This document shows positions 63,392-64,000 of a DNA stretch of 64,000 bases, one piece after another. A program made the position numbers and the translations under genes. The stretch lies in assembly GCF_964355755.1 (NCBI RefSeq), contig NC_092670.1, positions 38,924,388 to 38,988,387 on the forward strand, read 5' to 3'. This DNA is from Antedon mediterranea (taxonomy: Eukaryota; Animalia; Echinodermata). The notes under the pieces were generated by a model that made no database searches, was not told the origin of the DNA, and saw only the letters and a list, made by a program, of their open reading frames with translations. The stretch's first letter is position 1. Each line of letters starts with the position of its first letter.

Positions 63392-63529
63392 GTGTGATTT
63401 ATTGAATATTCAAGAAATAAAGATGTATTAATATATATTGTGTATGTTGATTTGTATTTTTTTGTTCGTATTCCAGTGCATGTCAAGTCGGAGGAGTACG
63501 TACTGTAGAGGTATTAGTAGTTATAGTAT

Positions 63530-63687
63530 ACGTGGTTTTCACTAGAGACGCAACGCAAAGACGTGCGCGCAACGCAAGCGTGTTGACCAATAACAAGCCA
63601 CTGTTCAAATAATCCATCGCTTGTTAATGGACAAATCACTTACGTTGCTTTACGTCCTTGCGTTTCGTCTCTAGTGGGAACCAAGCA
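63530..63687. mobile_element. MITE family B copy
   Basis: tggttttcactagagacgcaacgcaa...cgtctctagtgggaaccaagc. Confidence 0.8.
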
Positions 63688-64000
63688 TTTTAGTTCTAAG
63701 GCATAGCCGCGCATCATTTTGTAGGAGGTCAGTCTCATGTGTTAATGGATGATGAGATCAAATTTATTTTTATAGTCATCTATTATAAGAGAAATCGAGA
63801 TTGTATTCTGTTGTGTATACTACGTCGTAAAACTCCTATCGGAAATATGTTATGTTTCAATACATCAAAATCAGTGTTTATTTAAAGTGCTCTGATACTT
63901 CAAAGTTCAAGGTTCACTCTTGTGAATTACAGAAATTTGTTACTATTTATTTATTTTGCAGGAGCGGGAGTATAAAATCATCGTGTTGTCACTGGCAGAT

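Overview
AT-rich animal (probably marine invertebrate) genomic DNA with spliced genes and many transposon relics; no prokaryotic-style features (no CRISPR, rRNA or operons). Genes on the + strand: (1) a schnurri/HIVEP zinc-finger gene (putative micro-exon 12069-12119, 6.4-kb exon 14771-21171, last exon 21377-22537) that keeps the Drosophila-type C-terminal zinc-finger triplet; (2) an unrecognised 259-aa coiled-coil protein (36516-37295); (3) a 664-aa somatomedin-B-domain family-B-like GPCR (59692-62438). The most unusual region is 41681-48749. Two related non-autonomous foldback DNA transposons (TATGG...CCATA ends, 6-bp TSDs, 21-bp internal arrays, IS3EU-like) sit in opposite orientation at exactly symmetric positions of a small pre-existing hairpin. 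The first contains a young Ty3/Gypsy retrotransposon (identical 175-bp LTRs, no TSD, frameshifted integrase) plus an exact 166-bp copy of its gag outside the LTR. Elsewhere are three 21-31-bp palindromes with perfect 7-bp TSDs that look like P-element excision footprints, several MITE families, SINEs, a truncated LINE and many minisatellites. All coordinates were read by eye; superfamily calls rest on terminal motifs and TSD length only.
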